This document shows positions 12,276 through 24,551 of a DNA stretch of 64,000 nucleotides, piece after piece; positions within the stretch are counted from its first letter, which is position 1; each line of letters opens with the position of its first letter. Made by a program: the position numbers and the translations under genes. The stretch is from assembly GCF_006345805.1 (NCBI RefSeq), contig NW_021835993.1, forward strand, positions 1 to 64,000. Reading direction: 5' to 3'. Under the pieces are notes generated by a model, which made no database searches, was not told the DNA's origin, and saw only the letters and a program-made list of their open reading frames with translations. The DNA is from Octopus sinensis (Eukaryota).

Positions 12276-14365
12276 CAGTCAACCCTCTCTATAGTGAACC
12301 CTCTCTATAGTGAACAGGCCATATTATGCAATCTACAATAACAAATATTAGTAATTCTCATTAATATATTTATTATAAAATGAATACCACGTTTAAAAAT
12401 GTATAATATCATTTATTTAAATATTTTTGTGTTCACTATTAAAGAATAATGAACGTCAAATTTTTGTGAACATAAAAATATTAAATTTAATATTTTTACA
12501 TATATATTTAAAATTCTTTAAAATGAATAAACTACACGTTCTACAGTTGTTAGCAGGGTGGAAAATCGAAAACGCCTGTCATTTTTTCAAAAGAAGGAAA
12601 TAATCGAATTTTATCATAAAAATAGACATTACACACAGCGCGATTTATCCCTTTATTTCAATGTTTCTCTGGGCTGCATAAACAAAATTTTGAAAAATTC
12701 TGAAGGAATACTTAATGTTCAAGATGACCAAAAAAAGAAGAAAATTTAATTGCCAAGTCTCAACCATTCGACAGAGATTTATTTGAATGGTTCGTTAAAA
12801 AACGATCATTTGGATTTACAATCAATGAATATCTTTTGAAGTCCATGTCTCTAAAAATGGCGAAAGTTTGTAATATTCAAGGATTTCAAGCATCAAATGG
12901 ATGGCTTGAGAAATTTAAAAATCGATATTGCATTGCTTCCCGTGCTTTATGTGGGGAAAATCAATTTGTTGAAACCTCTGTGATTGAAAATTTTACAGAA
13001 AGCCTCAATAGAAAATTAGAACAATATTGTTCAAAAAATATTTTTAATTTGGACGAAACTGGATTGTTTTTTAAACTTTTGTCGAACAGAACATTAGCTG
13101 TTGACTCGGACAAAAATCTGTCTAATAAACCGATAAAAGAAAGAGTAACTGTTATGTTTTGCGTTAGTATGATGGGAGAAAAACTTGACCCATTTGTTAT
13201 TGGAAAAGCCAAAAATCCACGCTGCTTTAAAGGAAGAATAAATTTAATTAATAATTTACAAGTGGAATACAAATCAAATAAAAAAACATGGATGACATAT
13301 GGCTAGTGAATATGAAGCTAGTGAATATGCGAAGGCGCTTGAAATGGTTTCTTGAGAATGATTATGAACAAAGAGGAAAAGTATACGAAATACAAAAAAT
13401 TTTAAGAAATTATCAAACTAATCATTCTCAAAAAATCACCGATTACATGATTAAAATCTCTAAATAATCTTTGTAATTATACTTCAATATTGTTTATTGT
13501 TATTTTGATTCCTTTTGTTCACTATAGAGTCTATAGTGACAGCGCAATCAGAAGAATTTGCGTAAAAATATTAGCTATTTAGTTAAGTTTTTCGTGAAGA
13601 TAGAATTTATTTTCGGTATGCCTCTTTTTCCTAAATTTTTTTATTATTCAAAAATAATTTTTTCAATAGATAACCGAAAGAGGGAAGACGACCTTAAGAA
13701 AAGAAGTTTTTCGTAAAGATAGAATTTATTTTCTGTATGCCTCTTTTTTCCTAATATTTTTTATTATTCAAAAATAATTTTTTAAATAGATAACCGAAGG
13801 AGGAAAAATGAAGCTGAAGAAAGATGGCTAACGTAATAGAGGCGACGATATTAACAGGTAAGTATTGAGGTGAGGATGTTTATATTCCACGAATTCCGAT
13901 AATTTCTGATGAATTACCATTTAGATTTAAAAGGCTGCAATTTCCTTTGAGGATGAGTTTTGCAATGACAATAAACAAGGCCCAGGGACAGTCATTAAAG
14001 GTAGTTGGGTTATTTTTAGAGAGTGAGTGCTTTTCACATGGACAGCTGTATGTGGGATGCTCGAGGGTAGGCAGAAGAGAAAATTTATTCATATATGCCA
14101 AGGAAGGACGGACGACAAACATCGTTTATCAACAGGCGATAGAATAGGGTTACATTAAACCAGGTAGTTTTATACATCTACATAAACTTATAGTTGTTTG
14201 ATGAAACAGGCCCTCCGCAGGAGCTAGTCGCGGTGAGCGAAGCGAGCTGCCGAGCTAGTACTTCAATATTGTTTATTGTTATTTTGATTCCTTTGTTCAC
14301 TATAGACAATAGTGAACATGATGTTTTGACGTGGACATTTTGTTCATTATAGAGAGGGTTGACTG
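12276..14365 (+). mobile_element. Non-autonomous pogo/Tigger element, copy A
   Basis: TIR CAGTCAACCCTCTCTATA with TA duplications. Broken transposase with HTH, ASNGWLEKFK, NLDETGLF and KERVTV; C-terminal half deleted. Contains a Helitron piece. Confidence 0.92.
13537..14258 (+). mobile_element. Helitron 3' portion with PIF1-helicase C-terminus
   Basis: [13 protein letters not shown]...[13 protein letters not shown], followed by a GC-rich subterminal segment and terminal CTAG|T. Confidence 0.92.
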
Positions 14366-14549
14366 TACTGTAAACTCTCTCGAATCCCCCATTTTTAAAA
14401 TAAAATACAAATTTCTTAGAAAAATTCTCGAATCCACCACGTTTACAAAAATTTAAATGTAACAGAGTGTAGGGTTCTAACGGAATAGGAAGGTTTCCAT
14501 TCTTTTTTGTCTCTTACTATCACCTCGGTCGAAACCGGCTCGTTTGAAA

Positions 14550-14960
14550 ATTGAAGGGAATTCAGATTGGGAATCTTGATTGCGGGCTTTTTAGAAATTT
14601 TGAGGCAGAAAGGTGGAAATACTTTAAGAGACTTAAGAACCGGAATACAGCGTTTTTGTCCTCGACAAGTTCCATTGATGTCTCGTTGATTCAGTCGCAC
14701 ATTGATTACCAACATCTATTGCAATACTTGTTACGGTACTCTCTTCCATAGCTAAAAGTTTATATTCCAGACGCATGCTCTCTAATGTCTTTTTAATACA
14801 ATCGTCTGGACATAGACACAGATTGAATCCGCGAATTTTAGAGATTTTTGGTGATGGGTGTAAAATTCAGGTACTATTCCATAATAAGAGAACTTGTGAT
14901 GTGATGGCTGATGTGGGGTTGAATTTTGCTGTGAATAAACAAGAAACTTTGATGCTTACG
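14550..14960 (+). mobile_element. Degenerate LINE RT C-terminal remnant upstream of the CRE element (copy B ~42480-42890)
   Basis: The stop-interrupted frame YLLRYSLP*LKVYIPDACSLMSF*YNRLD...IREF*RFLVMG resembles the post-RT region of LINEs. The first ~70 aa of track ORF 14775 are probably an off-frame reading of this remnant. Confidence 0.45.
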
Positions 14961-14984
14961 GACAACTACAATGAAGAACAATGC

Positions 14985-17965
14985 ATGTTGTTAAGTGAAA
15001 CTATCATTCCGAACATCATTCCAAAAAGAGAGAACACGATATGCTCTTCCTGCGAACTGAGCAACAAACGCCGGTTTGGCATGAACTGTTCATCTTGCGG
15101 TGAATTTTTCCATCTTTCATGTGTTAAAATCACCAACAAAGCAGCAAAGACGCTATACAAATGGGACTGTCGTCGATGCATGAGTTCTTGTACAAACCGA
15201 AATTTCTATCCTCCTGAAATAAATATGGCGCCTAACCCGCCTGATCTTCCCTCAAATACAGATCTCATCCTTCTACACCTATCGAAGCTACGGAAGTCCA
15301 GGAAGATTCCTCTAAGGATTCCGAAATCCGCCCGTATTTCTGCTGCTTCATGTCTTAGCCAGCTAATTGATAATGCTCTCTCCACTAACAGCTTGGCTTC
15401 TTGGGTTCAATTGCTGAGCTTTGCACCTCTTGCTCTTGGAATACAATTCAAAAACGCTACGCAGAATGAGTCCATATCCTGTATTATCAAGAGAAATATA
15501 AAATCAATTGATGACAAAGTACACCACACAAAGCTGAATGAAAGACGAAATATAACTCTAAACCAGGATAGCATAAAAGACAGAGTGAATAGGAAACTCA
15601 TTGAGGGTGATATTCGTGCTGCTTTGCGCGTCGTGAGCAACGACGATACGGTTTTAGCCCCGACTCCTTCAGTGATCGAACATCTGATACGTAAACACCC
15701 TTACCCACCTACGGACTACCAAGAATTCACTATGCCGGAAAATTTGCCCAGCATTATCATCACCGAACAGGAGGTGATTTCCGAAATCGTGTCGTTTGCT
15801 CCAAGCAGCAGTGGAGGCTTGGAGGGCCTGCGACCGGGACATGTCAAAGATCTTACTGCGAGATCAGTTCATAGTTCAAATTTGGTTAAATCCATTACGT
15901 CGCTGATTTCTAAAATTGTCAATGGAAAGATCCCTTCTTATGCAAGGGAACTACTATTCTCCGCGCACCTATTGGCCTTTAAAAAGAAGGACGGGGGAGT
16001 AAGACCGATCGCAGTTGGTAATTACTTCAGAAGACTTGTGGCAAAGATTGTCGCTAAAAGAGTCTGCCCGCGGATAAGCGGAGAACTTTCGCCAGTTCAA
16101 TTGGGAGTCAGAATTACAAATGGATGTGAGGCCTCTGTGCATGCGACAAGATGCTACTTTGGCTGTAGTGCGAAAACCCCCCGCATGGGGCTCAAAATAG
16201 ACATATCTAATGCTTTCAACACACTGCGACGAGATCGACTTATGGAATCGTGCTGGAAGAGAGTTCCGGAGATAATTCAGATAGTTAACCTCTCTTATGG
16301 GAAAGAATCGTCTCTAGTCTTCGGTAACGAAATTATAAAGTCACGAACTGGAGTACAGCAAGGAGATCCACTAGGACCTTTACTGTTTTCGTTGGCCATC
16401 GATGATGTTGCACGTTCAACTGGAACTGAACTCAATCTCTGGTATCTCGACGATGCCACTATCGGTGGAACTTGGGAATCTGTTTACGAAGGAATTTCGC
16501 AAATTGCTCCTGCTTTGAAAAACCTCGGTTTGGAAATTAATACAAACAAATCGGAATTGATCAATATTACGTACTCCAATGACGAATTCATGCGAATTAC
16601 TCAACAGTTCAACCATTTGCTTAAAGGGATTTCTACCACGGCTCGGGACGAGGTATATTTCCTCGGTGATCCACTTGGTGACGCAGAATTGCGTAAACAC
16701 CTTCGGAAGAAGGCAGAAAACCTATCACTATTTACACAACGAATATCCCTCCTTGATGCGCATACTGCGTTTTTTCTCATGAGAGCGAGTATCTGCATGC
16801 CAAGACTTCTTTATGCTCTAAGGAGCTGCCCTTGCTATGCACAACGAGACAGCCTTTCATTACTTGATCAGACACTGAAAGACACGGCCGAAACTATTTT
16901 AAACGTTTGTTTTGATGATCTGAGATGGATTCAGTGTAAACTGCCAACGAAATTGGGTGGAGTTGGCCTCAGGTCCGCATTGGAAGTAGCAGCACCAGCT
17001 TATCTCTCGTCGCTCTCAAGCAGCTGGGATCTGGTCCAGGAAATTCTACGTAACCCTTCTGAATTTTCCTTGGAGCCAGAGTTCGCTAGAGCTTGTGAAC
17101 GGTGGAGTGGAACTGGGTTGATGATTCCGGCGGAACATTCAAACAGACTAACTGGGATTCGATTTTATGCAACGACATCGTCCAAAAATGCAAACAGAGG
17201 GCCAATCAGCATCGACTCACATGTTTCTTGTCCGGAGCACGCCATCATAGTGGCGCGTGGCTTGATGCTCTCCCGTATCCTGCCCTTGGCAATCTATTGG
17301 ACAATAATTCTATGAGAATCGGTGTAGCACTTCGTCTGGGACTGGATATTTGCCAAGTTCACGGCTGTCGTTGCGGAGGCCTTGTTGATGCCAAAGGACT
17401 GCACCCTCTATCCTGCGGAAGAAGTGCAGGTCGAACCCCTCGACATGCCGCATTGAATTATGTGATACGACGTGCCCTAGAGGCAGCAGGATTCCCAGCA
17501 AGACTGGAACCTGCGGGTCTTAACCGTAATGATGGGAGAAGGCCAGATGGAGTGACTCTTTTCCCCTACTCTGGGGGAAAACCACTAGTTTGGGAATCGA
17601 CATGCGTGGACACTTTCACTCGAAAGAACATCAACATTTCCTTGCGTTCACCTGGATCGGCCGCTAACTTTGCTAAAAAAGCAAAAATTGCCAAATATTC
17701 AAAAATCGGGGATTCGTACCGCTTTGTTCCTGTGGCAGTCGAGACTTCGGGTGTCACAGGAACTGTAACTGAGTCATTCCTTAAAGAAATCGGACGAAAA
17801 ATTGCTCATGTAAAAAACGATTGGAGGGAACCAACATGGCTTCGACAAAGAATAGGTTTGGCCGTTGTTCGCGGCAATGCCTATTCGATTATGTCGTCAG
17901 CCGCGGAAAACTAGCCTGTCTTATAATTAACTCGTTTCTGAAATAAATTAGCTGGTTAAAAAAAA
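14985..17965 (+). mobile_element. CRE-clade non-LTR retrotransposon: PHD finger, RT, zinc knuckle and RLE, copy A
   Basis: GGVRPIAVG, QLGV...GCEA, LKIDISNAF, GVQQGDPLGP, LWYLDD, CRCG...HPLSC, RPDG, PVAVETSG, and an A-rich tail. One frameshift at ~17134. Confidence 0.92.
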
Positions 17966-18299
17966 TAAGAGAACTAGTGGTACAACGTTCAAGTTTGCAT
18001 TGTGCATTAACTTCAATTTGCTTTCCGAAAGATTGTATTTATAGTCTTTTCGAAAAGAATTGAATTGTTTAATTTACTTTTTTTGTTAAGTATTCGGTCA
18101 ATTTTGTATTGATTCAGTTGCAATATTTGTATTTTTCCTCGCAATTTTTCTTAAATCTTCGACTGCTGTTTAAGCTACAAGTCGATCTATCTCATTGTCG
18201 TTTATTTCCACTTCAGGTCCTATACTACTGGAGAATGCAACATGTATTTCTTGTTGAATTTTCTTGGTTCTTCAAGTTTATAAATATAATTAATATACT

Positions 18300-18500
18300 T
18301 GAGGGCATGCTTAACAATGTCGTTCAGCCCCGAATGGCGTGGGAGTCGACCTCCACTCATCCGGCAAGAGAAAGAGTGGAAGCCCTTTACCTCGACGATA
18401 TTCCCACATCGGCATTCGTGAGGAGTGTACATGGCCAAGCCGAGTCGAAGGAAGATCTTAAGCACTCTGCTGGGCTCCGCCCACTTCCGCATTTAAAGTG
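18300..18500 (-). mobile_element. CRE-clade internal fragment (copy B ~46230-46430)
   Basis: LRLGLAMYTPHECRCG...HSFSC...RHSGLNDIV matches the zinc-knuckle region of the full CRE, but the sequence is distinct. Confidence 0.8.
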
Positions 18501-18653
18501 ATATTAGTTATTAAAAGGACTATTAAAAAGCAATAACTTGTGTCTTATTTTTGTGACAGTTAATTTCTAAAAATGGTTGTTGCGAGTTTTAGGAAACAAA
18601 ATCTTATCTATAAAAGTCCAAATAAATTATCTATCTAGCTAGCGATTATTAAA

Positions 18654-19644
18654 ATGTTTGTCTTACTATTATTGTTTTCATCTTCAATTTGTTGGTTGTT
18701 TGAAACATACAAAGGTAATTTGTTTACAATCAGTTTTTATTAGAGTTACTGTTATGGGAGAATCAATATATGTACAATGACCCAGAATGTTTTGATCGTG
18801 AGGGTTAGAATTTTTAAATAAAATGTTAATTTTAGAATTACGTAAAGAATTACACAGCAATTACTATCATTATGCAACAAGGTATTGTGAAGATCAAGAA
18901 TATCGTATTCATTACATTGGTTTGAGATTTCGAAATATAGTATAGAATATCCATACGCAAATTATTATTTGAAGGAAAACGGAAGCATTGAGGCTTGTTT
19001 CGATAGGAAAATTTTTGGACTTCTAACTAGAGACAGGATAATAATAGTTTGTATGTTGCGTATATATTTTAAAGGTAAAAAACGAAACTGAATATACATT
19101 TACAGATCCCAGATTGTTAGTAAAAATAGAGAAATCTGATGATTTTTGGTTCAGATATCATGTACGTAGCAAAGACCTTTCAATATATCTTGGTATTTTA
19201 TACAAGATTAAAAATAGTTTTTCCTTATATTCTTAAAAAAGTCGAAATATACTACCATCAAAACAATTTTATTAATTTCCACCTGGAAACAAAGGATCAT
19301 GAATTCGATTGGGCTCGTGTTTGTATTTATATCTACGACTACGAACTTTGTAAAGAATTAGAAAATAGTTGTAGATTTTAAATTCATTATTAGATTTCGC
19401 TTCTATAGAATTATGGAATCTGAAATTAGACAAAATTTATGTAACTTTAGAATTCAAATTTTCTCATGGGACTAGAGAAATTTATTATATGAATAAAACC
19501 TTTCATAGAGTTGGCGAATATCTTCCTGAGAACGATGACAATAAAAAAAACTTATACAGAATCGAATCAGGAATGAAGGAATCGAAAAAAAATATTAGTT
19601 CACTAGGAAAAACAAAATTTGAATCAAAATGTTTGTTTAATTAA
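18654..19644 (+). CDS. Orphan secreted protein, multi-exon, copy A
   Basis: Signal-peptide-like start MFVLLLLFSSSICW. At least six GT-AG introns of ~23-32 nt, mostly phase 1, splice to an open, Tyr-rich frame of ~270 aa ending ...ESKCLFN*. Confidence 0.7.
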
Positions 19645-19879
19645 ATGAAATTGTAGATTTATATATATTTGTGGCTTCATCAGTTGGCGCTGCAATTCTT
19701 ATTACCATTTTCATTGAAGGTAATAAAAAATATTTTATATAAGTTTTAATTCACTGGACCAAATCAAAAAAATCTAAAGAATTATATGATAAAATGAATA
19801 CTTACCTAACTGGATTTTCAACTCGTACTCGTAATTAACTAAGACAAATAAAATTGGATTTTAAATTATTTATTAGTTA

Positions 19880-20080
19880 AAAATATTGGATGAATCATCG
19901 GTTAAGATAATTAGACTACTACTTGAGAACACAAGACTATCTGTGCGGACAGAAGGAGCAACTTTCCGGAGTTTAAAACCAACGATTGGGACACTCCAGG
20001 GTGATTCCCTCGTCCTTTTTTCTCAGCGTAAATGTAAACAAAACCGAAATCACGGAAATCAAAAGAGGAGAGGATATTAC
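19880..20080 (+). mobile_element. RTE-like LINE RT fragment (copy B ~47810-48010)
   Basis: IIRLLLENTRLSVR...IGTLQGDSL and KTEITEIKR parallel the RT at 31000-31320. Confidence 0.75.
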
Positions 20081-20844
20081 TCATGAGTAGGGCAACCAAA
20101 AGTCATATAAGTCATATTATTTTTTATTGGTAATATTGATGTTATTTCTATAATTAATAAACTATTATTATATTTTTTAATAGTTTTATTAATTTTTTTA
20201 GGTCTTATAGGTCATATTTTATGCCGTTAGGTCATATTATTTTTTTAGGTCATATTTTTTTTGTTAGGTCATATTTATATTTATTAAATCATACATTTTT
20301 ATTAATCTTTGTTTAAATTTTGACAATAACACGTTTTCACACGTTTTGGTAGTTGGCCGCTTAAATATTATAGATTTTTACATGCCGAAACAAAAGCAAT
20401 CTAACAATCAAAAGTTAAATAAAATAATTAAACGATACCCGTCTGAATTTCAGATTGATTCAGCTGGACGTTTATTTTGTTCGAAATGCTCAGTTTTTGT
20501 TAATTTTACGAAAACGTTTAATGTTGTGCAGCACAGGGAAACTACCCGGCATAAAAAGGAACAGAAAAAATTTCAAACCCAACTCAACACTTTTCCGAAA
20601 CTTGAAGCAAAGAAAAATTTCGGAATTTGCTTAGTCGAAATGATGACGAAGGCGAATATACCTCTTTACAAAATAAGAAATGAACACTTTATTAATTTTT
20701 TTAATAATCTCGGATTTACTGTTCCCAGCGAAAGTTGGTGCAGAAATATAGTTCCAGATTTGCAATATCAATTGATTGAAATGCTTAAAACAATTATTTC
20801 TGGAAAGAATATATTCATATTTATTGATGAAACGGAAATCAATA

Positions 20845-22588
20845 CAGTCCGACCCCCAAATGGGGCACCAAGTGCCCCAAAATGCGGGGGTGCTCCAAAA
20901 ACAGGGGTTTGTTATTTTTTTAAAAATTAAACCATTAATAAACATCAAAAAACATTTTTACTAAAATATTCAGTTATTTTCTTTTTATTTGTAGAGTTTT
21001 GTCTGATATTGTTCGTCAATTTCAGCCGAAAATCAAAAAAATCTCGGAGCATACTTGGTGCAACATTAGAAATTTTTTCTTCTAAATTGTTAAGCAGATC
21101 TTTTGTTTTTGCTACGACATTTTCACTATTTTCGGTTTCTGAATATGTATCATAAACATTATTGTTCATGTCTTCGCATTCTCCATCAATTGTTTCGTTA
21201 ACAACTTGATCTAAATGTTCATCTGTTAGACAGTTTTTTGTTGCATAAGAATCACGGTTCCTGTCGATTTTCTTCCAACAATTAACAATACTTTTAGCAT
21301 CTATTTTCTCCCATCCTTTTGAAATTAGCATCATAACCTGACGCAAATTTAATTTACCAATAGAATGTGTAAAATCGTTTTCGAAATCTTGAAAACATAA
21401 AAATTCCATTAAGAAAGAGGAATAATAATCTTTAAAAATCTTGATTATTCCCATATCCAAAGGTTGTAAATAGGGCGTTGTATTTTTCGGCAAAAATAAA
21501 AATTCGATGTTCGAACATTCGGCAGTTTTATGGCATCCCGCATTGTCAAGTATTAATAATATTTTTCTGTTGTTTTTGCAAAACGATTCATTTATAAGTG
21601 TAAGCCAACTCATAAAAGTCTTTCCAGTCATCCATGCATTTTGAGAAGATGAATACAATAACCCAAAATCTTGAACATCAAAATTTTTTAGACACCGAGG
21701 TTTTTTATATTTTCCAATAATCAATGGATTAAGTTTTTCCCCGATTAAACTGCAGCATAGAAGAACAGTGAGTCTTTCTTTCCCTTGTTTATAACCAAAA
21801 CACGGTTCGCCTTGTTCAACAAATGATTTTTGAGGAGTTCTTTTTATAAAAAGCGCAGTTTCATCACAATTAAATATATTCTCAGGTCCATATTTTAATA
21901 CTTTCTGGTCATATTTTTCAAAATAATTTTTCACATAAGATAAATCACATGAAGCTTTTTCACCACATATTGACTTGAATTGAAGTTCATGCCGCAATTT
22001 AAATCTATCAAGCCACCCATTGGAAGCTTTAAAAGAAGTAAATCCAATTTTTGAAGCTGTAACTAAGGCAATTTTTTTCAAAATAGGGCCTGAAATCGGA
22101 ATTTTATCTACGCGTAGTCTTTGAAATATTTCAAAGACTTGATCATCAAATTTATCTTTATCGGCTTTAAATGTGTCATATTCCTCAGAAATAGTATTGC
22201 CGTGTTGCAAGAAAGGTACAATATTTCGTTTTATTCTTGATATTGTTCCTTTACTTGTGTTGTACTTTTTCATTAGTTGCCTCTCAGATAAATTTTTCTT
22301 CAAAATTTCTTTAGCAATCTTCAATTTAGTTTCGTAATCCATAACCACAACAATAAAAATATAAATTGAAAATAAAACAAAAAATAATTAATTTATTATA
22401 ATTTTATTTTATTTTTAATTCCTTATAAATGATTTTATGGTGCCCCAAAAATTCCATAATTTTTTATCGATTTTTATTTTTTTTCTGCCAAAATGTACTT
22501 TTGGAATAAAGTGCCCCAAATTGCGGGGGTGCCCCAAAATCCGAGGGTGCCCCACCCCTGGGGTCTGCCCCATTTTGGGGTCGGACTG
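20845..22588 (-). mobile_element. Young pogo/Tigger element, copy A only
   Basis: TIR CAGTCCGACCCC(C/A)AAATGGGGCA with TA TSD. Copy B has the empty site AATCAATAAACAG at ~48736-48748. Confidence 0.97.
20945..22348 (-). CDS. pogo/Tigger transposase (CENP-B HTH plus DDE_1), intact 467 aa
   Basis: ASNGWLDRFKLRH, NCDETAL, KERLTVLLCC, LDNAGCH, LQPLDMGII. Confidence 0.95.
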   Translation of the reverse strand: MVMDYETKLKIAKEILKKNLSERQLMKKYNTSKGTISRIKRNIVPFLQHGNTISEEYDTFKADKDKFDDQVFEIFQRLRVDKIPISGPILKKIALVTASKIGFTSFKASNGWLDRFKLRHELQFKSICGEKASCDLSYVKNYFEKYDQKVLKYGPENIFNCDETALFIKRTPQKSFVEQGEPCFGYKQGKERLTVLLCCSLIGEKLNPLIIGKYKKPRCLKNFDVQDFGLLYSSSQNAWMTGKTFMSWLTLINESFCKNNRKILLILDNAGCHKTAECSNIEFLFLPKNTTPYLQPLDMGIIKIFKDYYSSFLMEFLCFQDFENDFTHSIGKLNLRQVMMLISKGWEKIDAKSIVNCWKKIDRNRDSYATKNCLTDEHLDQVVNETIDGECEDMNNNVYDTYSETENSENVVAKTKDLLNNLEEKISNVAPSMLRDFFDFRLKLTNNIRQNSTNKKKITEYFSKNVF

Positions 22589-24551
22589 TAAACAGAAATT
22601 TGTTAACGTTCTTTGTGGGACTATTGAAAGTCCTGAAAAAATTTATTTATTAAATTGTTTGGAAATTGAAATTTGTGATGCATCTGCAATTTGTAGAATT
22701 GTGGATGACACAATTCGAATTTATGATATAAAAAGGGAAAATTTTTTGTTATTTATTTCTGATGCTGCCCGTTATAGGACTTTAGCAGCGAGTACATTGA
22801 AGGTCATGTATATTAAAATGATTCATATAACTTGTTTTGCTCATCTTCTGCACAATTTTGCATTAAAAATTAGAGCACATTATAAATATATTGACGACTT
22901 AATCTCGTCTATCAAAATGTCGATTGTAAAAAATCCCTCCCGGAGGAGTCTTTTTACAGTTATTGGACTTCCACCTGATGTTGTTCTAACAAGATGGGGC
23001 AGCTGGTTGGACGCAGCAAAATATTATAGTCAACATCTTTCAAGAGTTCGCGAAATTGTCTTATCCTATCCAAATTGTGGAAAGATTGTGATGAATGCGA
23101 AAAATGCTGTTAGCACTGAAAATTTGGAGAAAAATCTGGCAGAGTTAATGGCTTCATACAACCCTATTATTGATGAAATCAGAAAATGCCAAGAAAAATT
23201 TTATACAATTAAAGATGCAATTGAATTCATTGATTCCGTTAATTTTGGTGAGGATAATTGTGACTTTAACAAGTATTTTTTAAAGCGGATAAGTATGTTA
23301 CCATGGACGAATATCAAAAATGCTAGAATTTTTAGTATTTCTCCAGAAACATTTATTTACTTATGGAAATGTTCTTCAACATCAATATCTGCAGAAAGAA
23401 GCTTTTCTATGCTGAATAAATTGCTCGAAAAGGATAGAAACTTCAAGCCAGAAAATATTAAATATTATATGATGCAATATTATAATAAATTCATTGATTG
23501 AAATGTTTAATTTTTTCATATTTTCAAATTCAGAATATCTATAAATCAAAATTCGATAGGTCATATTTTGATTTTTTAGGTCATATTTTAATATTTTTAA
23601 GTTATATTTTAGAATTTTAAAGTCACAAAGTCATATTTTTTACGGTCATATTTAACTTTTTTAAGGTCATATTTCTGGTTGCCCTACTCATGAGGAGAGG
23701 ATATTACTTGACAAATCCTTTTTCGGTAGGCGTTAAGTGCCTTCTGAGCGTTTCTATATTCGATTGGAAGTTCCAACTGACCATAATGCCATGCTAAGAC
23801 CAAAAAGAAGGTAAATGATCCCCATTTTTCAACGGTGTTGTGCCAGAAGGACTCTTCGCCTTACAGGCAGTGGAACGATAACGAGAATTGAACCCGTCTA
23901 GAAAACTAGCCTCCTTCGGATTCGAACTCACAATTGTCCAGATCCATTATCCATAGCTAGAGCTTGTAAAGTATTTGCCATCGAAAGTGTTCGTGTCGAG
24001 GATGTCCATGCTTATTTTTACTGCCAATCAGTTTTTAATGACTCTGGAAAAAGTTAGTCCACATTTGTAATTGTAGGAGGCTGTCAATTCGGTGGTGAAT
24101 TATACATACAGGTTGTGCTATAGCAGTCAACTGAAGGAAAATGAGCAGGATTGTCAGCAGAAGTCGGTTTGTGTCTTTTTACATTTGTCGTAAAAATCCT
24201 CACTTTCGGTAGTCAGTAATTAGATTATTTTGATTATTATAAACATTTCGACTGAAGGAATTTACACTAAAATGTAATTTGTTTTTTAAATATGGGAAAA
24301 ATCTTATAATCACTGCTTTTTGACAAAGAAGGCAGTTGATCATTTTGCTAAAAAAATTTTCAATAGTTCTATTCAACTACCTCCGAAATTAGATTGCAGA
24401 TACACGAAAAAGACATTTGAATATTTTTATTTATCATTTAATAATATTTTTCAAGTTATGTTAAATACAGAAATAATACATTTGCATGGCAAACATGGTT
24501 CATGTTGTTAATTAGTCAATTTTATATCCCAATTATTACTAAATAATGTAG

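Larger units (their letters stand above)
20088..23686 (+). mobile_element. hAT transposon (CGGBP-like), copy A, interrupted by a Tigger element
   Basis: TIR TAGGGCAACC, 8-bp TSD CTCATGAG (20080-20087, 23687-23694), and GGTCATATT subterminal repeats. Confidence 0.95.

Noticed and set aside
14443-14715. Minus-strand 90-aa ORF as a gag-like or host gene
   Set aside because: It is antisense to the LINE remnant and has no convincing motif or splice signals.
14775-14984. N-terminal 70 aa of the 846-aa ORF as part of the CRE protein
   Set aside because: It overlaps a decayed LINE remnant read in another frame, so the extension is probably fortuitous.
16416-17757. Several 60-100-aa minus-strand ORFs over the CRE element (and similar ones over the Tc1, Tigger and LINE ORFs)
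   Set aside because: These are antisense shadows of the real coding strand.
19798-19810. ATACTTACCT, resembling the U1 snRNA 5' end
   Set aside because: Only 10 nt match, with no U1 body or Sm site downstream.
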